A stretch of DNA of 64,000 nucleotides from Lama guanicoe (lineage: Eukaryota), in contig MU053645.1 in NCBI GenBank assembly GCA_013239625.1, forward strand, positions 186,001-250,000, written 5' to 3'. The position numbers and the translations under genes are program-made. This document shows, one piece after another, positions 12,653-23,530 of this stretch; position 1 is the first letter of the stretch, and every line of letters starts with the position of its first letter. Below the pieces are notes generated by a model. The model ran no database searches. It had not been told where the DNA came from and saw only the letters and a list, made by a program, of their open reading frames with translations.

Positions 12653-14339
12653 CTACAATAAAAATTTAAAAATCAGGAAAACACAAAATCTTTCTATCAG
12701 AGATAGAAAATTATAACCACAGTCAACATTTTGATCATTAAGAGGGACATTATTATGGTTCAGGTAAATACATTCTTCTTTTTTTCTCCTTCTAAGTCAT
12801 TTGGCCATTATGCTGCTCAACAGTGGTATTCAAACCAGCTATGTACTATCACCATTGTGACCAATGCTGAATAACCAGATTGCAGTAAATTTTTGTATTC
12901 ATATTCTCCAATTCCACAGAAAAGGTTAAGGATTAATTTGATCCTGTTTGTATAAAGTCAAATCTAGCCACAGCATTCTTTATTTTACAGTCTAGTTGAG
13001 GTATAATATCTTGTAAGGGTTTGCACTTGTGCTTGAGTGACATACATGGAAATCTGACTAACTCTTCAAAACTCAAAAAAGACTTGCTTAAATAATGACT
13101 TTATCAACTTTAATGTAATTCAATTAATTACCATGTTATAAACAGAACCAAAGTTAACTTGATACTGTTAAGCCTTTCTCTAGCTCAGGAAATTTTTATT
13201 GAAATTTTAACTTTTGAACCATGCTTTAAAGCAGAAAACCTAATTATTTAAATAGCCATATAGTCAGCTGGTGCTGTTAAGTATTTTCTGACATAGGTAG
13301 CAGTATGTTTTTCAACAACCATATAGAGCAAAAATTTGTAAATTTAATGCACAATCTACTTGTTGAGTCCAAGTACACAGTTCATATGGCATTACATAAT
13401 TTCCACCTTAATTCTGAAACACATTAATCTGCCACTTAACGTAGCTACTGAGCCAGCTTGCATATGAGATGGAATCCAATGATTTGGTTGGGAATGCTTA
13501 ATGATACTTGCTGTGATTGCTAAGTCTCTCTATATTTGTTTGTAAATTCAAAGTGATGATGTTATTAGTGAAAACACTTATTACATCTCAAGGAAATGTA
13601 AAATTTAGATTGGGGAAATCTGGATCTAGGTTAGTTTTAAATAACAAAGCAGTTGCTTTTAGACAGAAAATGAGAGTAATTGATTTTCTTAATATTAGTG
13701 TTATAATGAAGTCTTTAGTTTACTCTCAAAATACCCTTAATACACAGACCAAAATAATTGTGTTCTCGTAGTGCTATAAATTTATTTTAAACGGAGAGAC
13801 ATACTTTTCAAAATTTAGTGACTTAAAATAGTTTTTTGTTTTAGATCAGAAGTTGTCTTGCTAAAGGACAAGAGCTGGACCAAATGACTTTTTAAGACCT
13901 CTTTGATTCCTACAATTGTCTAGTGTCACAAATATAGGGGTTTAGTTTCCCGTTTGAATCGAATTTTCTTATTCCAATTTCTGATTAATATATTGATCAC
14001 GATCACTGTAAAGGTTAGAACAAGATTCATTATTTTCAGTTTCTTTTGTCCCAGATCTGTCAACTACATTGTAAGCATTTACCTTCTGTCATAAAATGGC
14101 TTTAAAACCTCTGTGAGTTCTTACCTGTTTGAAGAAATTGGAGGAGGTTTTCAGGACAATCCTTAACACTATGTATGCAAAAAGAAAGGATTCTGCAGAT
14201 GCAATGCAAAGTGCCATCATCTCATAATGAAAAAAATGTCCATTAAAAAGAAGTTCTTTCAAACTTAAAGCCACATGAGGATCACATTTATCCATTTTTA
14301 GAGATTTCAGAAGCTTCTGGCTTCTCTATTAACAAACTA

Positions 14340-14530
14340 CTTTTCTCTCTGTCTCTCACCCTACTTCCCTCCTTTCCTTGTTTCCTTCCGTCCTTGCTTG
14401 CTTCCTTCCTTCCTTCCTTCTCTCCTTCCTTTCTTCCTTCTCTCCCTCCTTCCTTCCTTCTCTCTTTGTCTCTCTCTACCTCTCCCTCTCCTTTCTCCTT
14501 TATTTGCTTCATTAAACTTCTCCTTCTTCC
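14340..14530 (+). repeat. Polypyrimidine (CCTT/CT)n low-complexity tract
   Basis: Directly visible; explains spurious ORFs at 14288-14775. Confidence 0.9.
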
Positions 14531-15318
14531 AGGAACATTTATCTTCCACCAAATCATTCTGCTCTAATATTTTTACTGTTCATATGCATTATTCTGTTCC
14601 CTATCTAGAATCACCTCTGCAGTTACAAAGCCTCAGAGACATATACAAGAGTCTCAGGTTATTCAGATTTCCCAGATCAGCAGTCCTCCATTGGTCAGGA
14701 AGGGGAAAAAAATGTCCTGGCCTCATGAAGATGAAAAGGCAGTTTTCTTTATATTGCCATCTGGGCAGTACCTAATAGGGATTCCAGTCAGTCATATTTA
14801 TCTCTTTTGTAAATGAAGGATGATGAAATCTTAGCAACAACCAATGTATCACATATTCAGTTTGTATTTGATTCTTCTCAGGAATATTACTTGCTAAGCA
14901 GAATACTATTGACTATATAAAATGGAAACATTTTGCTCTTCTCTTATGACTATTTGGCAGTCTCCTAAGATAAAGGTAAACCCCCAAAATCAGTGTGATG
15001 GAATGAAGCATTTTCAACATCTGTGTAAAATCTGCAAGCAAAGGGAGTTAAAATAAAATTATAGATTATTGGGGAAAGGAATTACTTTCCTACTGTAATA
15101 ATATGATTATTGAAAATAAACAACTAAAACAACCAAAATCAGTTTATTTGTAGCAGCTTTGTGAATTCATTAAACAGAAGACAAATCCACATACCACCTT
15201 ACAGGGAGTAAGTATGCAGTATCCCAAATTAACCTTATATGCCTTGAGAAAAAAGTGATACTTCAGGAAATAGAAACTTCTCTGGGATCATCTGAAAGGG
15301 GAAAGATTTTATACATAC

Positions 15319-15478
15319 CTACTGAAGATGGTATGTCTTTCCACACTTCAAGGATCTTCTTGAAGAGTTGTTCATTTGCCTCCATAGAAAGGGCTTCCGC
15401 ATTGAAGGTGAGCATCATGCCAATTCCCAAGGAATCAGGTAAAATGATGATATTCTGTGGTATAATGATTTCCAGGGG
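15319..15478 (-). CDS. NRK: NRK exon ~27, CNH (PLEIIIPQNIIILPDSLGIGMMLTFNAEALSMEANEQLFKKILEVWKDIPSSV)
   Basis: ttccag acceptor (alternative in-frame acceptor at 15454), G|gtatgt donor, 160 nt. Confidence 0.9.
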
Positions 15479-18281
15479 CTGGAATTATGTTTCATAAGGA
15501 TTTATATGTCCAACATTTTATCACTACTACTTTTAAATGAAGCAGTTTGGCTGAGCAATAAAGACCAAAAAGGAGTTCAAAGTACAGGGAGGAGAGAAAC
15601 TTCTATTTCAGTATTAAACAGCATGCTATCCAACACTTGAAAAAAGCCTTCCCTGTGTCATAAAGTTGTCATTGTTTAATATTCTCTTTTATATTTAGGA
15701 GAAGACTTTGAAAAAAAGTAGAAATATATTTCCAACACAGAGAAATTCATTGAAATTATGTATGATGATAGAAGAAACATTACTTGTTTGATTTCAGATT
15801 CATTTCAGCATATTAATGAATACTTTAGTAAGGAATATGTGAACCAAGTAACAAATACAAAATCACTGGTTATCAACAAATTCATTCATATCAGAAATTA
15901 AAAATTAACTTAAAATTAACTTAAAAATAGCTTGAGCTTAAATGTTTACAAGGGGCAGCCTTATAATATTCTTCACTGCTTGAAATGTAAGTCATCCTTC
16001 CTTCACAAAACAAATGTAGAATTTCTTATCCAATGTATATAATCTTAAAACATCTCCAATATACAAATTCAGAGATATATTAGATGACATAATATGAAAC
16101 AGAAAGAAATACTTAACAATTCCTTAATCTCATAATGCATAAAACAACATGACAGAATTTGCTTAAACTACAGATGTTGTCACATTAATTGCATTCTCCT
16201 AAGACATGAACAATTAATTCCTCTATCATGTCTCAAATTAGCAAGTTATTAGAAAAAAGGTCAGAAACTATACTTGCCAAACCCAGCGTACTCAGGCCAA
16301 GTGCTTGAGGCCATGTCTCAGCAACAACAATTCTTAAAACTAAAATGGGGATCCAAAGGTGAAAAGCAATTTTAATGCGTTCCCTGGGTACTGGCATGAG
16401 TAAGTGAATCAGAAAAGAGATGGAGGAAGAGAGGAAAAGAAATTGCAAGAAAAAAGACTGTCACAAAAAAATTTTGTTTAGAATAAAACTGGACTGCTGT
16501 AAATGCAGAAAGCCTCAGAAGTAATTCTCTTGCTTCTCAGATGATTCCTGAAGTAACAAGATATTCTTTAGCATACAGGGCTCCCTTGTTGCTTTACAGC
16601 TTCTGTAATCTAGCACTCTTGGAAAAAATATTATTTTTAGTACATTCTGTTTCAGAAGACACTATCCTCTTGCTTATATTAGAGTCCTTTCTTTTTTAAT
16701 GGGTCAAGACACTAGGGCATGTAGCTAAAAATTCTTTTTTTGAATACACTTAAGGTATCTTAATTAGGCCAGAAAATGATTAAATGATTAAAAAAAAACT
16801 CATCTTCTTTCATTCTTGCTTCCAAAATAATTAATTGATTGCTTCAAAAGAAAATAATTCTCCTTGCTTAGTAGTCAAGTGGAACACAGGATTCAAACTT
16901 CTTGAATAACTTTTAAAATATATATAAACTTGGACCAATATTGTGATGTTCAGTAATGCACTAGCTCCAAAATAAAAGCTATCTGATATGACATAAAAAA
17001 TAAGATACAGGAAGCAAAGGTAGATGCTCCAAGTGAAGAGTACTATAATATTTATATCAAAATTAACCTGAACTCATATCTAAGTGGCTTTGGCTAGGCT
17101 TGGTTCATTCAGTATTTTCTACATTATAAATGGTGATTTCTATATAATCATAGGTGACAACTGAGTGATCAGCTAATTAGATTGTTACATATGTCCAAAA
17201 TGTTTTTTAAATGTCTTCACTAATGGTCTGACTATTGATCCATTTAATTTTCAGAGATATAATTCTGAAAGCTGTGTAAAATATCATTACTACAGTGATT
17301 TAGAAGTACATAAAAGTTTTCTCCTTGATTTTGTATAATGTTAACTGCTAAAACATTAGTGGTCGACAAAATGGGGGATTAAAAAAGGGTGAAGCAAAGA
17401 TTTGTTGGTTCAGCCCTTTCTTTTAAATACAATTTTCAATAGGACAAACATCAGTTCTACCATCAAATTTGAGACACAGTGGAATTATATTATGTATGGT
17501 ATGTGTGTGGGAGGGTTATGATGTTATCACCGAGCTCTTTATATAAATGATGTGTACAGTATTTTTTACAACTATCCATATTTTAAATGTGCCATGCTTT
17601 CATATTTATAATTATTGAAGAGTTGTCATACATTAGATTTTAAAATGCTGAATCCTTTGATCATAAATTCTAAGTATAATTTATACTATAAGAGAAAACT
17701 ATATGATAATTTGCTATATATCACAGTTAAAGTACTACCATCTGGATAAAGAAGGGGGATACACATAATAATGCTGCAATACTGATGTCATAATTTTAAA
17801 AAATCTCTCAATGCATTATTAGATGTAGAGGACTAAAGCAAGGATTGCAAATTCATGTTTACTAGGGCCAGTTATTACAAATACATAAAGTTAGATGGAG
17901 AGAGAATGTACAGCATACATCCCATCTAAAAGGGAGCAGGCATGAATTGATTCCAGTTGATTATGGCCAAATAGTAATGTGGGTCTGATGTTGTCAGATC
18001 ATTGGTTTATCAACAGAAATTCAGATTTTTACATGTAAGCTGTATTTATTTAAAAAAAAATACTGTGTCAGACAAAATCTACCTGTAGAACAGACTTATC
18101 TCTCTGGGCTGAGAAACCATCAGTGATTTTTGTTTATCCATTACTACTTCTGTCCCTCTACACTTATCTTTTAGGTTTCAGTTCTAGCATAGATGTTGAT
18201 AATCATATTTTTAAACCTTTCAGAGTTTTGACAGTTGGAAATACTCAAATTCTGTTACACAATAATTTCTAGGGATCTTAC

Positions 18282-18431
18282 GTTATTTGGCAGGGTCACA
18301 TCAGACATAACCTCAGATTCTGCATCAATGATGTGATATCCATCTGCTGAGCTGAAGAAAATCTTTAGTCTTTTTTCAGAACCAATAGCCAGGTCAACTG
18401 TCACTGGCTTATGACCAAGTGTTGGAAATAC
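18282..18431 (-). CDS. NRK: NRK exon ~26, CNH (VFPTLGHKPVTVDLAIGSEKRLKIFFSSADGYHIIDAESEVMSDVTLPNN)
   Basis: ctacag acceptor, AAC|gtaaga donor, 150 nt. Confidence 0.95.
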
Positions 18432-18715
18432 CTGTAGATATAAAACCAAATACGGCCAAAAGGCCAAAAATGACACTCTGTCTAAGGTGAATTCCCCACC
18501 CTTTTGCTTAGCAGGTTTATAAAACCCAAAATGATTTTTTTAAATTATAATATATTTAGAGACCTATGTATTAGAACTTTTGTTAGGTCTGTTATTAGAA
18601 TAAGAGCAATTATATTCAGGTTCTAAATATTGAGTTTTCCTTCGAAGACCAAATCTCCAATGATCATAAGAGCCTTGTATGGCTCTGCACTGTTTGCTGT
18701 CTTTAAATTCCTTGC

Positions 18716-18859
18716 CTTGAGCTTCAGCAAATGAAGGAGCTCATCTGGTCTCTTAAACCGGTTAGCTGGATCAGCTGCCTGTATTTTTGCCAGTATTCGT
18801 ATATAGGCTTCATAGGACATGTAGTCTCCTTCGGAGTCTGCTGATTGATCAATGCATAC
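18716..18859 (-). CDS. NRK: NRK exon ~25, symmetric cassette exon with non-canonical AA acceptor and GC donor (VCIDQSADSEGDYMSYEAYIRILAKIQAADPANRFKRPDELLHLLKLK)
   Basis: 144 nt, phase 0-0, open. The peptide matches a segment I recall in human NRK between ESTAIK and VFPTL. Flanks are tttttcattccctaccaa|GTA and AAG|gcaagg. Confidence 0.75.
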
Positions 18860-19094
18860 TTGGTAGGGAATGAAAAAGGCCAGACATGTTAACCTACCAT
18901 AGACTGGATGTACTCTAGGCTCCTATGGTTCCTAGTCCAAAGAAACAAAAAGTCAAACAGGTTTCATTGCCAAGTTCAGGTCACAGTAGAGGACTGGACA
19001 TCACAGGTTTCACCATACTGTAGTCATGAGGTGGAATTCAAGAACTGGAGTGAGGACTTGGACCAGGAACTGTGTATCAGACTAGACAGACTGT

Positions 19095-19222
19095 TGGTAC
19101 TTACCTTCTTTGCTTTCCAGCTCCATACCAGGTAGCTCTGACCAATCAGCAGACACCCAAGAACAAACCCATATCCAAATACTGACAGCTGACCCAAAGC
19201 CCAATTTACGGAGATCAGATCA
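19095..19222 (-). promoter_or_regulatory. Putative editing-site complementary sequence (ECS) for the exon ~25 acceptor
   Basis: Imperfect inverted repeat of 18742-18897. Most differences are G-U compatible on the minus-strand RNA. C19131 lies opposite A18860. Confidence 0.75.
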
Positions 19223-19494
19223 GGGATGTGATCTGTATCAGGACAGACCCAGACTCTCTATATAGTAGTTTGTGCTATTTATAAAAGAACATGTTTATTA
19301 TGTAAATAGACATTGAGGGGCAGTCTTAAAAATTAGCCTGTCTTTATCTTATACATGTGATGTTTTGGCCTACAAAATATACCATGTAAACACATGTGAC
19401 CTAAGATACAAAAGTATTTCATGAATACCTTGCTGGGGTCTATCATGATATGTCATGATTGGTGCTTTGTATAAAAAAAAGTCCATGGACCAAC

Positions 19495-19648
19495 CAGTTC
19501 AAAATCTCCTCAGATGTTTGCTAAAAATATAGATTCCTAGGCCCCACTCCAGACCTACTAATTTGGCCCGGGGTTGAGTCTGAGATCTAAACTTTTAACA
19601 AATGCTCCAGATGATTATTATATACATCTCAGATTAGAAGCTACTGGA
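19495..19648. mobile_element. MER5-like hAT-Charlie MITE
   Basis: aaaatatagattcctaggccccactccagacctact...ttttaacaaatgctccagatgatt. Confidence 0.75.
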
Positions 19649-20452
19649 CTCTATGTAAAGCTGCCAGCTCATTAATCAGTCTTTACTACTATAAAACAAA
19701 TACAAAATAATCCTGTTTATGCTGATTTCTGGAGCATTATAAAAAGATAACAAAGATAAAAATAATCCCCAGTTTATGAGGTGTGATTAAAAAATCATCA
19801 GCAACTTAATTGTTTGGGACACTAAATGGTTACCTTAAGAGGGTGATCCATAGAAGTTCAGTTAAACCATAATAAAAGTGGTAATATTAATTACTCATAA
19901 TCCAAATAAGCCTAACCACCATTCTTTGCAATAGTTCTAGAGAAAAATGTGTTTAGAGATTCAGCTTGGAAGGAATATAGATCCACCCTTTCCTCCCCAT
20001 CCCCATCTATTATAGCCCTGGTAATTAGAGCATAGGCCTTCTCTTCCCTCATCCCTCTACCATTGTCACATCTTTTCTTACCTTCCCTCTGCTCTCCACC
20101 CCCCACTAAGAGAGAACAGGGATGTTCTCAGCTTCAAGTCATTGGGGTGGCACCCAAAACCTGTTTTGGGGGCTTTAGAAGAGAAGGTCTTCATGTTGAC
20201 TACAGGAATTGGGAGTGAGGAAGTGGTGGGGAGGTTCCTGTAAGGGGAAGGGTCAGGGATTTCCCTCACATTCTCCCTTGCTGTGGTGCCTGTGAATTGT
20301 CTAAAAAAGGGTTAAACGATAATTATTGACATGGTATATTCAAATTACATTAACTGTAGAAGAACTGTATATATTTCTGCTACTATATTCCAAAATACTA
20401 TTCTGTTTACAATTTCTCAAAAGAAAAAACAAAGGATAAGCAGACCACTCAC

Positions 20453-20553
20453 TTTAATAGCAGTGCTTTCGTCAAAGGACTTTGGTGCCCATGCATACAG
20501 GTGAATTGATGATTTCAAAGCAATTGCAATATACGTTGTTTCTTCATGTTGGA
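20453..20553 (-). CDS. NRK: NRK exon ~24, CNH (QHEETTYIAIALKSSIHLYAWAPKSFDESTAIK)
   Basis: ctgtag acceptor, AAA|gtgagt donor, 101 nt; YAWAPK CNH motif. Confidence 0.95.
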
Positions 20554-20739
20554 CTACAGTGATAAAACACAAAGAAGTAGCAATACCACAGAGTTAACAA
20601 GAACACTCAAGCATTTGTATTTGTCATTGAAAATATCATAAGCACAATGTAAGAGCATAGATCATATATTTTTAGAAAAGCTATTTGGCTACAATTTGAT
20701 GCCCAAAAGAAGGTGACAAAAATAGTGTAAAGTTTTATG

Positions 20740-22392
20740 GAGTATATACATTAGCCTTCAAGAACACTCTAAATTGTATACTGAAAATTACAGAACATTG
20801 CTGAAAGAAATTAAAGAAAACCTAAATAAATATAAACACTTTCTCTATTTATGGATAGGTAGACTTATCATTAAGAGGACAATACTATCCAAAGTGATCT
20901 ACAGATTCAGTGTACACAGTCTCTATTGAAATTCCAATGGTCTCTTATGCAGAAATGGAAATGCTGATCCTAAAATTCACATGGAATTGGAAGAGGCCTC
21001 AAATAGCCAAAACAATCTTGAAAATCGAAGTTGGAAAGCAAAGTTGGAAGACTTATACTTCCCAATTTTGAAACTTAACTACAACCTATAGTAATCAAAA
21101 CAGTGTTGTACTGACATAAGGATAAGCATATAGATCAATGGAACAGAATTAATATTCTACAAATAAATCTATACATCTATGGTTGGTGGTGCCAAGACCA
21201 TTCAATAGGGAAAGAATAATCTCTTCGACAAATGGTACTGGGACAACTGAATATTCACATACAAAAGAATGAGTTGTGCCTCTTACTTCATTCAATATAA
21301 AAAATTAACTCGAAATGGATCGAGGAGCTAAATGTAACAGCTAAAACTATAGAACTCTTAGAGGTAAATATAGGAATAAACCTTCATGGCACTAGATTCT
21401 TATATTTGACACCAAAAGCATAAGGAACAAAAGAAAAAGATAAATTGGGTTTCATTAAAATGAAGACTTCTATGTATTAAACAACACTATCAACACAGTG
21501 AAAAAAACAATGTATGGAATGGGAACAAATATTTGTACATCATATATCTGATAAGGGTCTAGTATCCAGAATATATGAAGAATGCTTACAACTCAACAAC
21601 AAAAAGGTAAATAACCCAAGGAAGATATACAAATGGCCAATAAACACTTGAAAAGTTGCTCAACAACATTATCCATCAGGGAAATGCAAATCAAACTAGA
21701 ATGAGAAGCCACTTTACACCCACTTGGATGGCTAGAATCAAAAGACAAACATCTACAAGTGTTGACAAGGATAAAGAAAAAAATGGAATCTTCATACTTA
21801 TGGCAATGTAAAATAGTGCAGCTACTTTTAATAACAGTCTGGCAGTACTATCCAAGAGAAAAGAAATCATGCATTCCCATGTACAAAAACATGTATGAAA
21901 ATGTTCATAGCAGCATTATTCCTAATAACCAAAAAGTGGAAAAAGTGCAAATGTATAAAAAATGTATAAAAAATTCAATAAACAAAAGGTGATATATCTA
22001 TACAATGCAAATCTACTCAGCAATAAACAGGAAATACTGATACATGTTGTACAGGTCAGAGCATGGATGAATCTTGAAAACATTATGTCAAGTGATAGAA
22101 GCTTGCCACAAAAGACTATATACTGTATGATTCCATTGGAATCATGGAGAAAAGACAAATCTATAGCAAAGATAGTAGATCAGCGGTTACTTAGAGCTGT
22201 GAGGGGAATGAGGTAAGAGGAATGAAATGTGGAGTGACTGCTAATGGCTGTGAGGTCTCTTTTTGCAATGATGAAAATTAGATCATGGTGATGGTTACAC
22301 AACTCAATAAACATACCAAAATCACTGAATTGTATAGTTTAAACAGGTATATTTTATGGTATGTAAATCATTTGAACAGAATTTTTTAATTA
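20740..22392 (+). mobile_element. L1M (L1MB/MC-like) ORF2 3' part and 3'UTR
   Basis: aaatagccaaaacaatcttgaaaa; gcatggatgaatcttgaaaacattatg; gatcatggtgatggttacacaactc; A-rich end. Confidence 0.88.
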
Positions 22393-23440
22393 AAAAAGAG
22401 AAAAATGTACAGAAAGTATATACTTGCTCTTGGATAGACCTTCTGACTCTTATGGAATATGTTATCCTACTGCTAGATTTATACTTTGTGCTAAACCCTT
22501 CTTCCTTGGCAGGAACATTGTTTCTGTCTTCTCTAGCCAGACTTCATCTGAGACCAATATATATAAGAATTTCCCCCTCCTCTCCCCTCTTTCGCTCTCA
22601 CTCTTGCTCTCTTCTCTGTCTCTCTGAGTCTAGTTTGTGCTTTCTTTTTATTTTGAACTGTTCAGAAGTAGGTCAATGAAGCATGATTAATAAACTTCCA
22701 ACAAGCAAAGGAATTCTCTGTTAAGCAAATACTTCCAATAATTTTAATATATGGCAGTAATTGGTGTCTGTCCATTATTATGTGGATCTTGGAAGGTTAT
22801 GAAAATACCATGCAAATATGATTATGTTGCTGTCCTCCTATATGAAGATGCTACTGTTTCACCTGTCAGTAGGACAAGTGTTTTTGGTTATTATTATAGC
22901 TGAGATGGGTTGGAATGGCGTCAGCCAAGAAACCTAAACTAGTCCATCTGCTTACCAAAAGCACAGATTTGAAAGATAAGTACTTTTGTAAACTCTCTCT
23001 TACTGAACTAAAAAGTTGACAAGTTAGCAAGAGGTAGGTCTGCTACATAAACTTTGGATTAACATCTTGGAATATCTTTCACCTCTGGCTACCAAATTTA
23101 TATAATATGATTTGGAGGAAAGTAGTGATACACAAAACTGGAAGAAAGTATCATATTTATTTAATGCCTAACTTGTCTGGGTACTTATTTCTACCTTTAA
23201 TGATGTATGTGTACATACATACACACATATGGAAACCTATTCTGGGAAAGCCTTTTTGTATGCAGAACAGAAATGATCTGTTGAGACAGAAATATACTGC
23301 TGGAACAATTATATAATATAATTCCACATATCTCTTACCTATGCCATTAGTTCTGTCTGGTGGGCAATTAGTAAAGAGAAAAGAAGAAAACCAAGGTTGA
23401 GAGTAGAGGGAATTTGCCTCAGAAATAGAATAGAATGGGA

Positions 23441-23530
23441 TAACATTACTCCCAGTTGTTGACAGATGAGTGCAGAACTGTGTATCAGAAACTAACACAT
23501 TGTAAATTAACTATATTTCAATTAAAAAAA
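23441..23530 (+). mobile_element. Very short L1 3'-end insertion with target-site duplication
   Basis: cagaaactaacacattgtaaattaactatatttcaattaaaaaaa matches the L1 tails at 3530-3570 and 58059-58118. Confidence 0.7.

Noticed and set aside
14288..14775. K/E/R/G-rich and L/S/P-rich ORFs
   Set aside because: Products of the (CCTT)n tract.
18908..19135. 75-aa plus-strand ORF inside the hairpin
   Set aside because: No recognisable homology or gene context; the region is better explained by the RNA fold-back.
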